A stretch of DNA of 64,000 nucleotides from Myxococcales bacterium (GCA_012960035.1 DUBZ01000058.1:34122-98121); one strand, 5' to 3'. Positions 28,551 to 38,923 are shown, numbered from the stretch's first letter. Notes: a model not told the origin generated them from the letters alone. Numbers and translations are program-made.

Positions 28551-29603
28551 ATGGCGGAAGAGAAGCGTTGGTCAAACGGACGTGCCGAAGCGTGGATGCA
28601 GGACCGAAGCTGGAGAGCGGGTTGCAACTTTGCCCCGAGTTGCGCATCGAACCAGCTTGAATTCTGGCAGCGCGAAAGCTTCGACCGCATCGTCATTGAG
28701 CGCGAGCTCGACTGGGCGGCGGACTTGGGGTTTACGAGCCTGCGTGTATTTCTGCACGACTTACTTTGGAAGCACGACGCCGAAGGTTTTCTCTCGCGCA
28801 TCGATGAATTCTTGTCACTCACCTCGGCTCGCGGAATTGGTGTGCTGCTTGTGTTTTTCGACGGCGTTTGGAACCCGCATCCCAAGTGGGGGCCACAGCC
28901 AGAACCTCGCCCGGGCATTCACAATTCGCGCTGGCTGCAGAGTCCCGGCGCTACGGTGCTCGGGAATTCGTCGAGACACGAAGAGTTGAAGCCCTACGTT
29001 CAAGGGGTCATGCGACGCTTCCGTGACGATCGGCGCATCGACGGATGGGACCTGTTCAACGAACCCGACAACCCAAATCTGGCCTATCGCGACGTTGAGC
29101 TTCCCGACAAAGCGGAGCGCGCGCTCGAACTCCTGCGAAAGACTTTCGAGTGGGCGCGCGAAGTCGCCCCGACGCAGCCCCTGACTACCGGCATCTGGAT
29201 GGGCGATTGGAGTGAGCACGAGAAGCTACGCGACATCGAACGGCTCAGCGTTGAACAGTCCGACATCATCTCGTTTCATCACTACGGGCCACTCGACGAC
29301 CTGCGCACTCGAGTCACGGCACTCCGGCGCTACGGCAGGCCACTGCTATGCACCGAGTGGCTTGCGCGGGGAATCGGGAGTCAGGTCGACCCGCATTTTG
29401 CCTGGCTGCGTGACCACGGTGTCGGCGCTTACAATTGGGGCTTCGTCGTGGGGCGCACGCAAACCCATCTACCGTGGGATTCCTGGGCCAAGCCATATGA
29501 ACGCGAACCTGAGCCTTGGCACCATGAAATTCTTCGTGAAGACGGCACGCCCTATTCGGACGAAGAAGTGCGTCTCATCCGGGAAGTCACGAAGTTGAGT
29601 TGA
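28551..29603 (+). CDS. clan GH-A glycoside hydrolase (GH5-like), cytoplasmic
   Basis: Acid/base 'WDLFNEPDN', nucleophile region 'LLCTEWLARG', no signal peptide. Confidence 0.75.
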   Translation: MAEEKRWSNGRAEAWMQDRSWRAGCNFAPSCASNQLEFWQRESFDRIVIERELDWAADLGFTSLRVFLHDLLWKHDAEGFLSRIDEFLSLTSARGIGVLLVFFDGVWNPHPKWGPQPEPRPGIHNSRWLQSPGATVLGNSSRHEELKPYVQGVMRRFRDDRRIDGWDLFNEPDNPNLAYRDVELPDKAERALELLRKTFEWAREVAPTQPLTTGIWMGDWSEHEKLRDIERLSVEQSDIISFHHYGPLDDLRTRVTALRRYGRPLLCTEWLARGIGSQVDPHFAWLRDHGVGAYNWGFVVGRTQTHLPWDSWAKPYEREPEPWHHEILREDGTPYSDEEVRLIREVTKLS

Positions 29604-29805
29604 CGCCAACTCAAGCGTTGGTTCGTACGACCCAAGTTAAACCGCGTCGGACATGAAGGACATGGAGCTAACGAAGGGCGAGACGCGGCCGAGTTCAAGA
29701 TCGACAAGAAGCTGCGCAAGCACAAACTCTTCGATTTGCTCAACAACCGTCTTAAACTCGGGCTTTCGCAGCGGAGAGATAGGGCTGCAGCTCCCGCTGT
29801 ATTTC

Positions 29806-31326
29806 CTACTCGGGCTTCACTGTCTTCCGCAGTTCGAACTTGAGAACCTTGCCTGTCGCGTTGCGAGGGAGCTCGTCCACGTAGACCACATGGGTCGGCT
29901 GCTTGAAGCGCGCCAGCCGCGGCACGCAGTGCTCGAGAATCTGCTCAGCACTGAGTGACTTGTCGGGTTGAAGGGCGACGACGACGCAACCTGTTTCTCC
30001 CCAGCGTTCGTCGGGCAGCCCAATCACCGCGACCTCGCGAATCTCTTCGCGCTCGTAGAGGATGTTCTCGATTTCCGCCGGGTAGACGTTCTCTCCGCCG
30101 GAGATGTACATGTCCTTCAGGCGGTCTTCGATATAGATGAAGCCTTCGGCATCACGCGAAGCGATGTCACCGGTACGGAACCAGCCGTCGACGTACGAAT
30201 CTGCGTTCTCTTCGGGTCGTTTCCAATAACCGGGCGTCACAACCGGGCCACGGCACCAAAGCTCTCCCGACTCACCCGGGTCTGCTTCCGTGCCGTCTTC
30301 GCGGGTGATCCGAATCGCGACATGGCGCAGCGCTTTGCCCGCTGAACCCACGTGGTCCACCACATCACTCTTGCCGAGAACACAGCAGCTGGCGACGTTC
30401 TCCGTCATGCCATAGCCCTCTTGAATCGTGAGCCCACGTTCGTGCCACCAGCGAACGAGTGTTTCCGGAACGGCCTCCGCGCCGGCGAGGACGCAGCGTA
30501 GGCGCGAGAGATCAGCTTTGCTGTTGTCGGGATGGTCGCGAAGGGCGTTGAAGATCGCGGGCACGCCCAAGAAGTGTGTCACGCCAAGTTTGGGGTCACT
30601 GAATGCTTCGAGGGTCGCGCCGGGTTCGAACGCGCGCATCACGACGGCCGTCCCGCTCGCATACAGAGCAGGGAAGGTAAATACTTGCAGGCCGCCGATA
30701 TGGAACAAGGGCATGACGGCAAGGCTCACCATGTCCTCGCTGCAGGCCAGCGATGACGTTGCGTTGATGCTTGCCCACACCATCATGCCGTGGGTCATGA
30801 TGACACCCTTGGGTTGGCCGGTGGTTCCCGACGAATACATCAGCATGCATTGGTCTTCAGCCTTCAGCGGAACGATTGAAAGAATCGGTTCTGCCGCTGC
30901 GACTTGTGCTTCGAAGTCGGTGTCGCCGCCTAGGCCGTCGCTCTCGATGATGTGCTCAATTGAAACGGATAGCGCCTTGACAGTTGGGGCGTTGTCGCGA
31001 TCGTGGATCAAAACCTTGGGGTCGGCGTTCCCGACGATGAAGTCGAGCTCGGTCGGAGTCAGGCGGAAGTTCAACGCGAGATGCACGGCGCCAATGCGCC
31101 ACGTGGCAAAGATAATGTCGAGGGCATCGCTCGAATTGAGGGCCAGCAAACCCACGCGGTCGCCAGGTTCGACCCCGAGGCTCTTCAGCCAGCCGGCGAT
31201 GCGCCCGACCCGCTCATGCATTCGAGCGTACGTCTGACGACGACCACTCGGAAGCTCAACGGTGGCCAGCTTGTCCGGCTGGTTCGCAGCTCCGTGTTCG
31301 ATCCAATCAATGACGACCTCGTGCAT
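29806..31326 (-). CDS. AMP-dependent acyl-CoA synthetase/ligase
   Basis: 'MLMYSSGTTGQPKGVIMTH', 'GYGMTE', 'WFRTGD', C-terminal 'PRNATGKVLK'. Confidence 0.95.
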   Translation of the reverse strand: MHEVVIDWIEHGAANQPDKLATVELPSGRRQTYARMHERVGRIAGWLKSLGVEPGDRVGLLALNSSDALDIIFATWRIGAVHLALNFRLTPTELDFIVGNADPKVLIHDRDNAPTVKALSVSIEHIIESDGLGGDTDFEAQVAAAEPILSIVPLKAEDQCMLMYSSGTTGQPKGVIMTHGMMVWASINATSSLACSEDMVSLAVMPLFHIGGLQVFTFPALYASGTAVVMRAFEPGATLEAFSDPKLGVTHFLGVPAIFNALRDHPDNSKADLSRLRCVLAGAEAVPETLVRWWHERGLTIQEGYGMTENVASCCVLGKSDVVDHVGSAGKALRHVAIRITREDGTEADPGESGELWCRGPVVTPGYWKRPEENADSYVDGWFRTGDIASRDAEGFIYIEDRLKDMYISGGENVYPAEIENILYEREEIREVAVIGLPDERWGETGCVVVALQPDKSLSAEQILEHCVPRLARFKQPTHVVYVDELPRNATGKVLKFELRKTVKPE

Positions 31327-31538
31327 TTACGTCTCCTCCAAGCAGCGAGCATATCCAAATTGAGCGAGGCGTTCCTCGGAATTGCAGCGATGAACGGAAC
31401 GCACTGGAAGCTGGCGACTGGACGCACGAACTCGGCCGAGTGCCTCTCAGCGCAGGGCCCGGCTACGGGGGAGCGCCGCGCTGCCCGAGGGAAAACTCGG
31501 CTGCGCGATCGGCGACCGCTTCTAAGTCTGAGTTCAGC

Positions 31539-32744
31539 TCAGCTCGATGCGGCCAAGAGCAGGGCGATCGTTTCGTCGTCGACTCCCACCTCTTCACAGA
31601 CCGAGGCAGTGTCGCTGCCGAGCATCGGAGCTGGGACCGTGCTCGGCATCGTGTGCGCACTCATTCGCAACGGGTTTGCAACCGTTCGAAAGGTTCCGAG
31701 ATCGGGATGGTCGACGGTGGGAAAGGTGCCGCGAGCAACCGCGTTGGGCTCATGGATCGCTTCCGCCAAGGTCAAGACCGGCGCCCAGATCAGTCGGTAC
31801 TTTTCGAAAAGCTCGCGCCAATGCTCGAGCGGCTTTGACGAGAAGATGCCCCGCAATTCGACCACGAGGGCAGCCGAGTTCTTGTAGCGCGCCACCGCGT
31901 CGGCGAAGCGCTCGTCTGTCTTCAAGTCCGTTCTTTCGATGGCTTCCAGGAACTCGGGCCAATAGCGATCCGACTCGATCATCACGAGAAAAATCCAACG
32001 CCCATTCGAACATTCATAATGGTTCCACAACGGGTTCCGGGGTTGGCTTCGGTCGTGCTGAGGCGGGCTCTGGTCCGTAACGAGTGCGGTGCTCGTGTCG
32101 TTGCCGGCGATGTAGTAGCCGATGTCATGCAGTGCGACGTCGATCACTTGTCCGTGCCCCTCGTTGTCGCGCGTGCGGAGCGCGGCCAAGATACCGAGGG
32201 CAAGCGTCAGGCCAGCGGAATGGTCGCCGAGGCCAGGCCGTTGAAATGCGGGGGGCGCGTCGCTGTCGTGAAGTGTCGACATCAAACCGGTGCGCGACCA
32301 AAAGGCCGAATAGTCGAATGCCGGCTCGTTGGCTTCGGGGCCGTCGGGTCCATAGCCCGAGAGACGAGCAATGATGAGCTTCGGCATCTGCGCAAGTAGG
32401 ACTTTGGGGTCGAGGCCATAGTTTGCGAGGCGGTCGGGCAGCATGTTGGTGAGCAGGATGTCCGCGGTCCCCACGACCTTGCGCAATGCCTCTTGGGCTT
32501 GGGGGAGAGCGAGGTCGAGAGCGAGGGATTGCTTGCCGTGGTTGTCCATTTGGAAGGGGGCGCTGGCGGGGAAGTCGCTGTCGTAACCCGCCATGCGAGG
32601 TGTGCTGTGGCGATAAATCTCGCCCCACGGCACTTCGACTTTGATGACTTCGGCACCAAGGTCGAACAGCAACGCGCCGCACGAAGGCGCAGCCACGTAG
32701 GTTGCTAGTTCAACGACACGAATTCCTGCGAGGGGAGCAGCCAT
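31539..32744 (-). CDS. CaiB/BaiF family III CoA-transferase
   Basis: 'GIRVVELATYVAAPSCGALLFDLGAEVIKVE' N-terminus; length 401 aa. Confidence 0.9.
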   Translation of the reverse strand: MAAPLAGIRVVELATYVAAPSCGALLFDLGAEVIKVEVPWGEIYRHSTPRMAGYDSDFPASAPFQMDNHGKQSLALDLALPQAQEALRKVVGTADILLTNMLPDRLANYGLDPKVLLAQMPKLIIARLSGYGPDGPEANEPAFDYSAFWSRTGLMSTLHDSDAPPAFQRPGLGDHSAGLTLALGILAALRTRDNEGHGQVIDVALHDIGYYIAGNDTSTALVTDQSPPQHDRSQPRNPLWNHYECSNGRWIFLVMIESDRYWPEFLEAIERTDLKTDERFADAVARYKNSAALVVELRGIFSSKPLEHWRELFEKYRLIWAPVLTLAEAIHEPNAVARGTFPTVDHPDLGTFRTVANPLRMSAHTMPSTVPAPMLGSDTASVCEEVGVDDETIALLLAASS

Positions 32745-32868
32745 GTTTTTGACCTTCTTTCAGCTGGAGGACCGGGAGAGTCTACAACACCGATCGCATT
32801 CGGCGGAAGTTGAATGTCCGCAGCGATCAATCCTCTACACTAGTCCGCCCAATATGGAGTGACCGATT

Positions 32869-35157
32869 TTGATGACCTCGATTCTCCGTTTATCTGTTTT
32901 GCGAGTTGTCGCCGCGTTGCTGATTTTCTTGGGGATTTTCCCTGCATCGGGTCTCGCCAGAGAACGAAAATCGGCTTCACAAGTCGAACTCAGCAAGATT
33001 CCGGCAAGCGCGCCCAACATCGTGGTGGTCCTACTTGACGACGTTGGCTTCAGCGGTCCGGCCACATTCGGCGGCGCGATTCCGACACCGACGCTCGACG
33101 ATTTGTCGGGCGTAGGGCTTCGCTTCAATCGCTTCCACACGACTGGAGTGTGCTCTCCAACTCGCGCCTCCTTGTTGACCGGCCGCAACTCCCACGTGGC
33201 AGGCGTCGGCACCGTTTTGAATTCAGCTTCCGCGCATTTGGGACGCGAAGGTATATTGAAAAAGAGTGCTGCGACGATTGCGACGATGCTTCGCAACCAA
33301 GGCTATGCGACTTCTGCCTGGGGGAAGTGGCATTTGACTCCGGATTGGGAGACGTCGCCTTCGGGTCCCTTCGACCGTTGGCCCACTGGCGTCGGCTTCG
33401 ATTCCTTCTACGGATTCCTCGGTGGCGAGACCCATCAATTTGAACCGACTCTCTATGAGGGCATTCGACCGGTGAAGCGTCCCAACGGGGCCGACTATCA
33501 CGTCAGCGAAGACATCGCCGAGCGCGCAGCCGTCTGGATGCAGACGCAAAAGTCCGTGCGTCCGGAAAAACCGCTCTTCGTCTACTTCGCTCCGGGTGCA
33601 ACCCACGCCCCACTGCACGCCCCCAAAGAATGGATCGAACGCTTCAAAGGCAAGTTCAACCATGGCTGGGACGAAGAACGCCGGCAGGCGTTCGCCCGGC
33701 AGCGCGAGTCCGGAACCATTCCAGACGACGCGATCTTGACTCCGCGTCCTGCGGAAATTCCCGCATGGGAAACGCTCAGCGATGATCAACGCAAAGTCGC
33801 GAGTCGATTGATGGAGGTCTACGCCGGCTTCCTCGCCCACACCGATGCGCAGGTGGGAAAACTTGTCAGCGCGCTTCGCGAAGTCGACGAGTTCGACAAT
33901 ACGTTGTTCATCTACATGGTGGGCGACAACGGCGCGAGCGCCGAAGGGGGCCTCTACGGCGGATGGAACTACTTCGCCGGTTTGATGGGGATGACCGAAG
34001 ACGTCGCAAAGAACATGTCCCGCCTCGACGCGTTCGGCGGAACAGATTCGTTTCCCCACTTTCCAGCAGGCTGGGCATGGGCGACCAATACACCCTTCCA
34101 GTGGGCCAAAACCGTGGCCTCGCATCTTGGGGGTACTCGCAACGCGCTCGTTGTGAGTTGGCCTGATGGCATTCGCAGCAAGGGTGAGCTGCGCGATCAG
34201 TGGTCGCACGTAAACGACATTGTGCCGACCATCTTGGAGATCCTCGATGTGAAAGCCCCCAAGCGGGTGGACGGGGTCGAGCAACTCCCGATAGATGGCA
34301 AGAGCCTCGTCTACAGTTTTGACGATGCGTCTGCTGAGAGTCGACACCGCACACAGTATTTCGAAGTGTTTGGTCATCGGGCGATTTACCACGAAGGCTG
34401 GATGGCATCTGCCTTTCGCGGTCGCGCGCCGTGGAATGTCATGACGCCGATTCGCCATGGCTTCGATGAAGATCAGTGGGAGCTCTACGACCTGACGACG
34501 GATTTCAGTCAGGGGCGCGATCTCGCTGCCGCTCATCCCGACAGGCTGCGCAAGTTGAAGAAACGTTTCGAAAAGGAAGCCAAGAAGAATTCGGTTTGGC
34601 CGCTGGTGAGTGCGCCACCCGGTGAAGGACTTCCGAGGTTGAACGAAGATCGTCGAGACTTCGTTTTCTACGAAGGTGCGATTGGGATCGGCGAAGACAC
34701 CGCACCTCCCATTGCGAGTCGATCCTATGTCGTCACCGCTGACATCGAAGTGCTCAAAGGTGGCGTCGAAGGAGTGATTGCAACCGAAGGCGGCGTTGTC
34801 GCGGGATGGGCTCTCTACGTGAATGCCGAGGGGAAGCCCGCGTACGTCTACAACCTATTCGACATGATGGAGACCACGATCGTCGCCGATCGCACCTTGC
34901 CGGTCGGAAGGTCGACACTGCGCTTCACGTTCGACTACGACGGCGGTGGGCCCGGCCGCGGAGGCATGGCGCGTCTCTTCTTGGGCGACGATGAGATCGG
35001 CAGCGCGCGAATCCCTCGAACGACTCCGATGTTTTCAATTGACGAAACTTTCGACGTCGGGACCGACACGGGATCTCCCGCCGGCGCCTATCCCCCAAAC
35101 TACGACTTCACGGGCCGCATTCGATCCGTCAAGTTCGAGCTTGGCATGGGCCATTAG
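32869..35157 (+). CDS. arylsulfatase (Cys-type, formylglycine-dependent), exported
   Basis: Signal peptide; 'VVVLLDDVGFSG'; FGly motif 'CSPTRASLLTGRN'; 762 aa. Confidence 0.95.
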   Translation: MMTSILRLSVLRVVAALLIFLGIFPASGLARERKSASQVELSKIPASAPNIVVVLLDDVGFSGPATFGGAIPTPTLDDLSGVGLRFNRFHTTGVCSPTRASLLTGRNSHVAGVGTVLNSASAHLGREGILKKSAATIATMLRNQGYATSAWGKWHLTPDWETSPSGPFDRWPTGVGFDSFYGFLGGETHQFEPTLYEGIRPVKRPNGADYHVSEDIAERAAVWMQTQKSVRPEKPLFVYFAPGATHAPLHAPKEWIERFKGKFNHGWDEERRQAFARQRESGTIPDDAILTPRPAEIPAWETLSDDQRKVASRLMEVYAGFLAHTDAQVGKLVSALREVDEFDNTLFIYMVGDNGASAEGGLYGGWNYFAGLMGMTEDVAKNMSRLDAFGGTDSFPHFPAGWAWATNTPFQWAKTVASHLGGTRNALVVSWPDGIRSKGELRDQWSHVNDIVPTILEILDVKAPKRVDGVEQLPIDGKSLVYSFDDASAESRHRTQYFEVFGHRAIYHEGWMASAFRGRAPWNVMTPIRHGFDEDQWELYDLTTDFSQGRDLAAAHPDRLRKLKKRFEKEAKKNSVWPLVSAPPGEGLPRLNEDRRDFVFYEGAIGIGEDTAPPIASRSYVVTADIEVLKGGVEGVIATEGGVVAGWALYVNAEGKPAYVYNLFDMMETTIVADRTLPVGRSTLRFTFDYDGGGPGRGGMARLFLGDDEIGSARIPRTTPMFSIDETFDVGTDTGSPAGAYPPNYDFTGRIRSVKFELGMGH

Positions 35158-35211
35158 CGTGACGCGCTCTTCGCGACTGCGTCGTTGTGGCGTGCAGGGC
35201 GGTCGAATTGT

Positions 35212-37401
35212 TTATCCCGCGTAGTCGACAAAAATTGGCGACGACCAGGCACGTTGTTCCGTCGGGGCCGTGCAATTGTCGTCGTTGGGGCGGTTGAAGC
35301 AGGGGGCGACCTCGATACATTCGCCGTCTGCGTTTCGTTCGCATCCAAGTGGATCCCCATTGGCGGTGGGGCTCGCGGCTTCAATCGCGCGCACGTAGTA
35401 ACTCACGCCCCGTTCTTCGCGCGCGAAGTCAGGGTCGCTAAAAACCACTTCGCAGCCCGCAGGAGCTCCGGAACAGGCAAGAGTCTTCCACGGGTCTTCG
35501 ATCAAAGGAGTCACGTTTTCGTCGGCATCGAGCTGAGTTCGAATGCGCACGACTTCAACACGCGTGATGGGTCTTCGTGTGTCGGTCGGGTAGTAGCACT
35601 CGTTCATGCACAGCGATGCGATGCGCTCAGGCGTGAGGATGTCCGTCGTGGATTCTGGACAGCCTGGGGTCTGTTCGAACGAGCCCGCGGCCCGCACGCG
35701 AAACGTGGGTGCGCCTCCAATGGCGACTTCGCTGCCCATCGGCCACTCACCGCCTGGCGCGTTCGGGTCGAGCAGGTTGAACCATAAAAGGATGCGCGGC
35801 CCGCTCGTGGCGTAGGTTTCGCGTCGATCGAGGGCGTCCCAGATCTCGTCGCGATCGCGGCTGCGGGCGTGAACCGCGGCGAGCCCACCCGTCAAAAAGA
35901 AGGATCCCGACCGTTCGGTTTCTAAAAATGCGACGCTCGGAATGGCTGCCTCTGGATCGAACTTGTCGGAAGAAGCCTTTACCGGGCGGACATGTCCCAG
36001 CACCAATTCGTTTCGCCCGACTTCGCCCATGCGGGTGTCGGTGAACTCTCGACGGGCGACTTCTTTGTACCCAGTACCCGCGCGGGCGTTGTGGTTGTCG
36101 CTTGATCCGATGAAGCCAAACCGAAAACTCTGCGCTTGGGTAGCCTGTTTCGGACGGCCTAGCGCGAGCATGTACTGCACGCTGCTGAGCGGGCGGTGAT
36201 TGAAAGCGGGTTGAAAGCAGTCCGTGCACTGGCCCGCGTCGAGCCACTCGCCCGGCGTTACGCCGGGGACGGTCCAAGGTCCAGCGTTACGATCCGCATC
36301 GACAAAGTTCTGTCGGGCCTCGGCTGCGCGACTTGAACAAGTCCGCTCCTCCGAACCTTCTTCTTCGCATCGCGCGCGGATGATCTCGCCCGCTCGCCAA
36401 CACGAAGGCACGTATCCATCGCTCGGTTCTGGGCAATCTCGAGTGCCATCCGCGTTCATTTGTGTCGCGACCCACGGGCGAAACTCTTCGGTGTTGCCGT
36501 GGCCCGAATACAATTCGACCAGGCGCTGGCGCTTGGGGTCGTGTTGCTTCGTCGTGAGTTGCTTGGCCCAACTCGAGCCTGCGGGTGTGTACATGCCCCA
36601 CACGGTGCCATGGGGAATGACGGTCGCCGCATGTCCCCATTCGTCGAGCTTTGCAAAAAGCTCGGCTGGGGTTTCGACGGCTTCACTGCAATCGAGGGGC
36701 AAGTCGCGGACGGGGACACCCAGTGGGCACCGTTTCATCGCAGCAATTTCAGAAAACATGCGAATGAGGTCGTGCCCACCGTCGATCAGGAACGCACCAA
36801 GGCCGAGTGTCAGTCGGCCGCCACGAGCAACGTCAAACGGCGAAGGGACACCTTTGGGCGCGGCGGCTGCGATTGGACGCGTGGGGATCGCATCATCGGC
36901 TAAGTCGCGGAGGACAACGTTCTTATGTCCGTAGTGGTTATCTGGAGTCGAACCCATTTGCGTCCATTCCCAACCAAGGAAAGAAACGAGATCGGGGTCT
37001 TCGTCTTTGCTTCCGCCGCTGATTTTGTTGCATTGACGCACCGCGGTGACAGTCTCTTCCCAGCGCCGTTGGGTCAGCGAAGCGGCGTGGTCATTGATCG
37101 ACCAGAAGTCCAGGTTCGAACAGAAGCGCGCGTAGTCGCAAGCGTCGGCGACCGGGTGAAGACCTTCACCTCCCGCCATCGGCAATGTGAGCTGAAACGC
37201 ATCGACCGAAAACGAGCTGTGTACATGCAAGTCGCCAAACAGAATCTGCTTCGAATTGAAGACACTGAGATCATTTGCAGTTTCCGCTTGTCGTTCCGAG
37301 CGGTCGGCGACTGCATGGGTGGACAACACACTTTCGGTGGGAGATCCAGCGCGGACCGAAGTGCCGTAGGCGCCGCCGCCGGCTTGGTGCAGCACGAACA
37401 C
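35212..37401 (-). CDS. DUF3604 domain protein (PHP-like metal-dependent fold)
   Basis: 'ILFGDLHVHSSFSVDAF'; 729 aa from the first canonical start (GTG 37401). The in-frame upstream stretch 37402-37455 encodes a TM helix (see findings). Confidence 0.8.
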   Translation of the reverse strand: MFVLHQAGGGAYGTSVRAGSPTESVLSTHAVADRSERQAETANDLSVFNSKQILFGDLHVHSSFSVDAFQLTLPMAGGEGLHPVADACDYARFCSNLDFWSINDHAASLTQRRWEETVTAVRQCNKISGGSKDEDPDLVSFLGWEWTQMGSTPDNHYGHKNVVLRDLADDAIPTRPIAAAAPKGVPSPFDVARGGRLTLGLGAFLIDGGHDLIRMFSEIAAMKRCPLGVPVRDLPLDCSEAVETPAELFAKLDEWGHAATVIPHGTVWGMYTPAGSSWAKQLTTKQHDPKRQRLVELYSGHGNTEEFRPWVATQMNADGTRDCPEPSDGYVPSCWRAGEIIRARCEEEGSEERTCSSRAAEARQNFVDADRNAGPWTVPGVTPGEWLDAGQCTDCFQPAFNHRPLSSVQYMLALGRPKQATQAQSFRFGFIGSSDNHNARAGTGYKEVARREFTDTRMGEVGRNELVLGHVRPVKASSDKFDPEAAIPSVAFLETERSGSFFLTGGLAAVHARSRDRDEIWDALDRRETYATSGPRILLWFNLLDPNAPGGEWPMGSEVAIGGAPTFRVRAAGSFEQTPGCPESTTDILTPERIASLCMNECYYPTDTRRPITRVEVVRIRTQLDADENVTPLIEDPWKTLACSGAPAGCEVVFSDPDFAREERGVSYYVRAIEAASPTANGDPLGCERNADGECIEVAPCFNRPNDDNCTAPTEQRAWSSPIFVDYAG

Positions 37402-37525
37402 GGCAACAACGACAAGAATAATGAGGACAATGGCTGCGCTTGCGAGAGTTTTGATCGCTTGTTCCTGTGCTTGAAGGGGACCCGGAACTTAGCTCGGAGT
37501 TGTCCGGTCGCGCTTCGAATTTGGT

Positions 37526-38923
37526 CTAGCGGATATACCCCAAGCTCTTCAGCTGACGAATCCGTGTCGGGCTGAGATCTACGGGGTCAGGCGCGGACAT
37601 TTGGTCTGAACGCCGGCGCAGTTCGAAGTAGAAGTCGAAGAGCTGCTTGCGCAAGCGCTTGGCGGTTTCGAGTTGTTGTGCGGAGACGTTCTGGCTTTCG
37701 CCCGGGTCGGCTTGTAGGTCGTAGAGTTCCCCGATTCCATCGGGTCCAGCGGTAGCATCGTGAATGTACTTGTACCGCTCGGTCCGCCAAGCGATTTTGG
37801 GTGGACCGTAAAGCGTACTTTCCATCAGGATGGCGCGAGCCTCATCGCGTTCGCCGCGCATGATCGGAAGCATGGATTTGCCCTCGAAACTCGCTGGCGA
37901 GTCGACGCCGACGGCCTCGAAGATCGTGGGCATCACGTCGAGAACGCGTACCGCGTTTTGGATGACCTTTTGATTGACGTCAACGTGAGCGGATAGCTTG
38001 ATGATCAACGGAACATGCACGAGCTCGTCGTAGAGCGAATGCCCGTGTTCGAAGCCGCCGTGTTCCCAAAACTCTTCGCCGTGGTCCGAAGTGACGACGA
38101 TCGTCGCGTCGTCGTACAAGCCTCGGGTGCGAAGCACATTGAGGAAGCGTCCGACTTGTTCGTCCATGTAGGAGACTTCGCCGAGATACGCGGCACGAAC
38201 ATATCGCTGGTCAACGGGCGAGGGAGGAAGGTTGTGTGTTGGACCTCGCTGCATTTCGAAGCAAGTCGCAGCCGTGATGGGCAGCGCTGGAGAGGTTCGA
38301 CCTTCGGCGTACTGGGTGTCAAACCCTGGGGGCGGTGCGTACGTTAGATGCGGGTCGAACAGATGAATGAAGAAAAAACTGTTCTGGCCTTCGCTCTCGT
38401 CGAGCTGTTTGATCGCGAGGTCGACGACTTCGCCCGCGATTCGCCCGTCGTCGTTGTAGCTGTACTTGTGATTGAAGACGTCGAAGCCTCGATGAACTCC
38501 GACCATCGGGCTTACGAACGCCGCGTTTGCGATCGCCACCGTTCGAAATCCTTGTTGTTTCAGGATCTCGGGAGCCGTTGGGATCTCATCGCGAATCGGG
38601 GTGAGCGCGACCCCTTTCCCCATCGCGCCGTGAATACTTGGCCAGGTACCCGTCAGTAGCGAGCCCACCGCGGGCAGTGTCCATCCCGATGCCGAGATTG
38701 CGTTTTTGAATTGCACGCCGTCGCGAGCAAGGCCATCGATGTGGGGCGTCGTGTTCAGAGGATTGCCGTGACACCCGAGCGCGTCTTGACGGAGCGTGTC
38801 GAGCATAAACACCACGACGATGTCGTTGCGGCTAGACGGAGCGCACGCGCTTCCCAAGAACGCGACAGCACTCACATATAGAAGCACGACCCAAGGCCGG
38901 ACTCCCCTCTTCGGCTGCTTCAT
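37526..38923 (-). CDS. sulfatase-like alkaline-phosphatase-superfamily lipoprotein with a Thr at the nucleophile position
   Basis: Lipobox 'FLGSAC'; 'VVVFMLDTLRQDALG'; the nucleophile segment 'GWTLPAVGSLLTG' aligns with 'CSPTRASLLTG' of the neighbouring arylsulfatase (C to T, R to V). Confidence 0.85.
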   Translation of the reverse strand: MKQPKRGVRPWVVLLYVSAVAFLGSACAPSSRNDIVVVFMLDTLRQDALGCHGNPLNTTPHIDGLARDGVQFKNAISASGWTLPAVGSLLTGTWPSIHGAMGKGVALTPIRDEIPTAPEILKQQGFRTVAIANAAFVSPMVGVHRGFDVFNHKYSYNDDGRIAGEVVDLAIKQLDESEGQNSFFFIHLFDPHLTYAPPPGFDTQYAEGRTSPALPITAATCFEMQRGPTHNLPPSPVDQRYVRAAYLGEVSYMDEQVGRFLNVLRTRGLYDDATIVVTSDHGEEFWEHGGFEHGHSLYDELVHVPLIIKLSAHVDVNQKVIQNAVRVLDVMPTIFEAVGVDSPASFEGKSMLPIMRGERDEARAILMESTLYGPPKIAWRTERYKYIHDATAGPDGIGELYDLQADPGESQNVSAQQLETAKRLRKQLFDFYFELRRRSDQMSAPDPVDLSPTRIRQLKSLGYIR

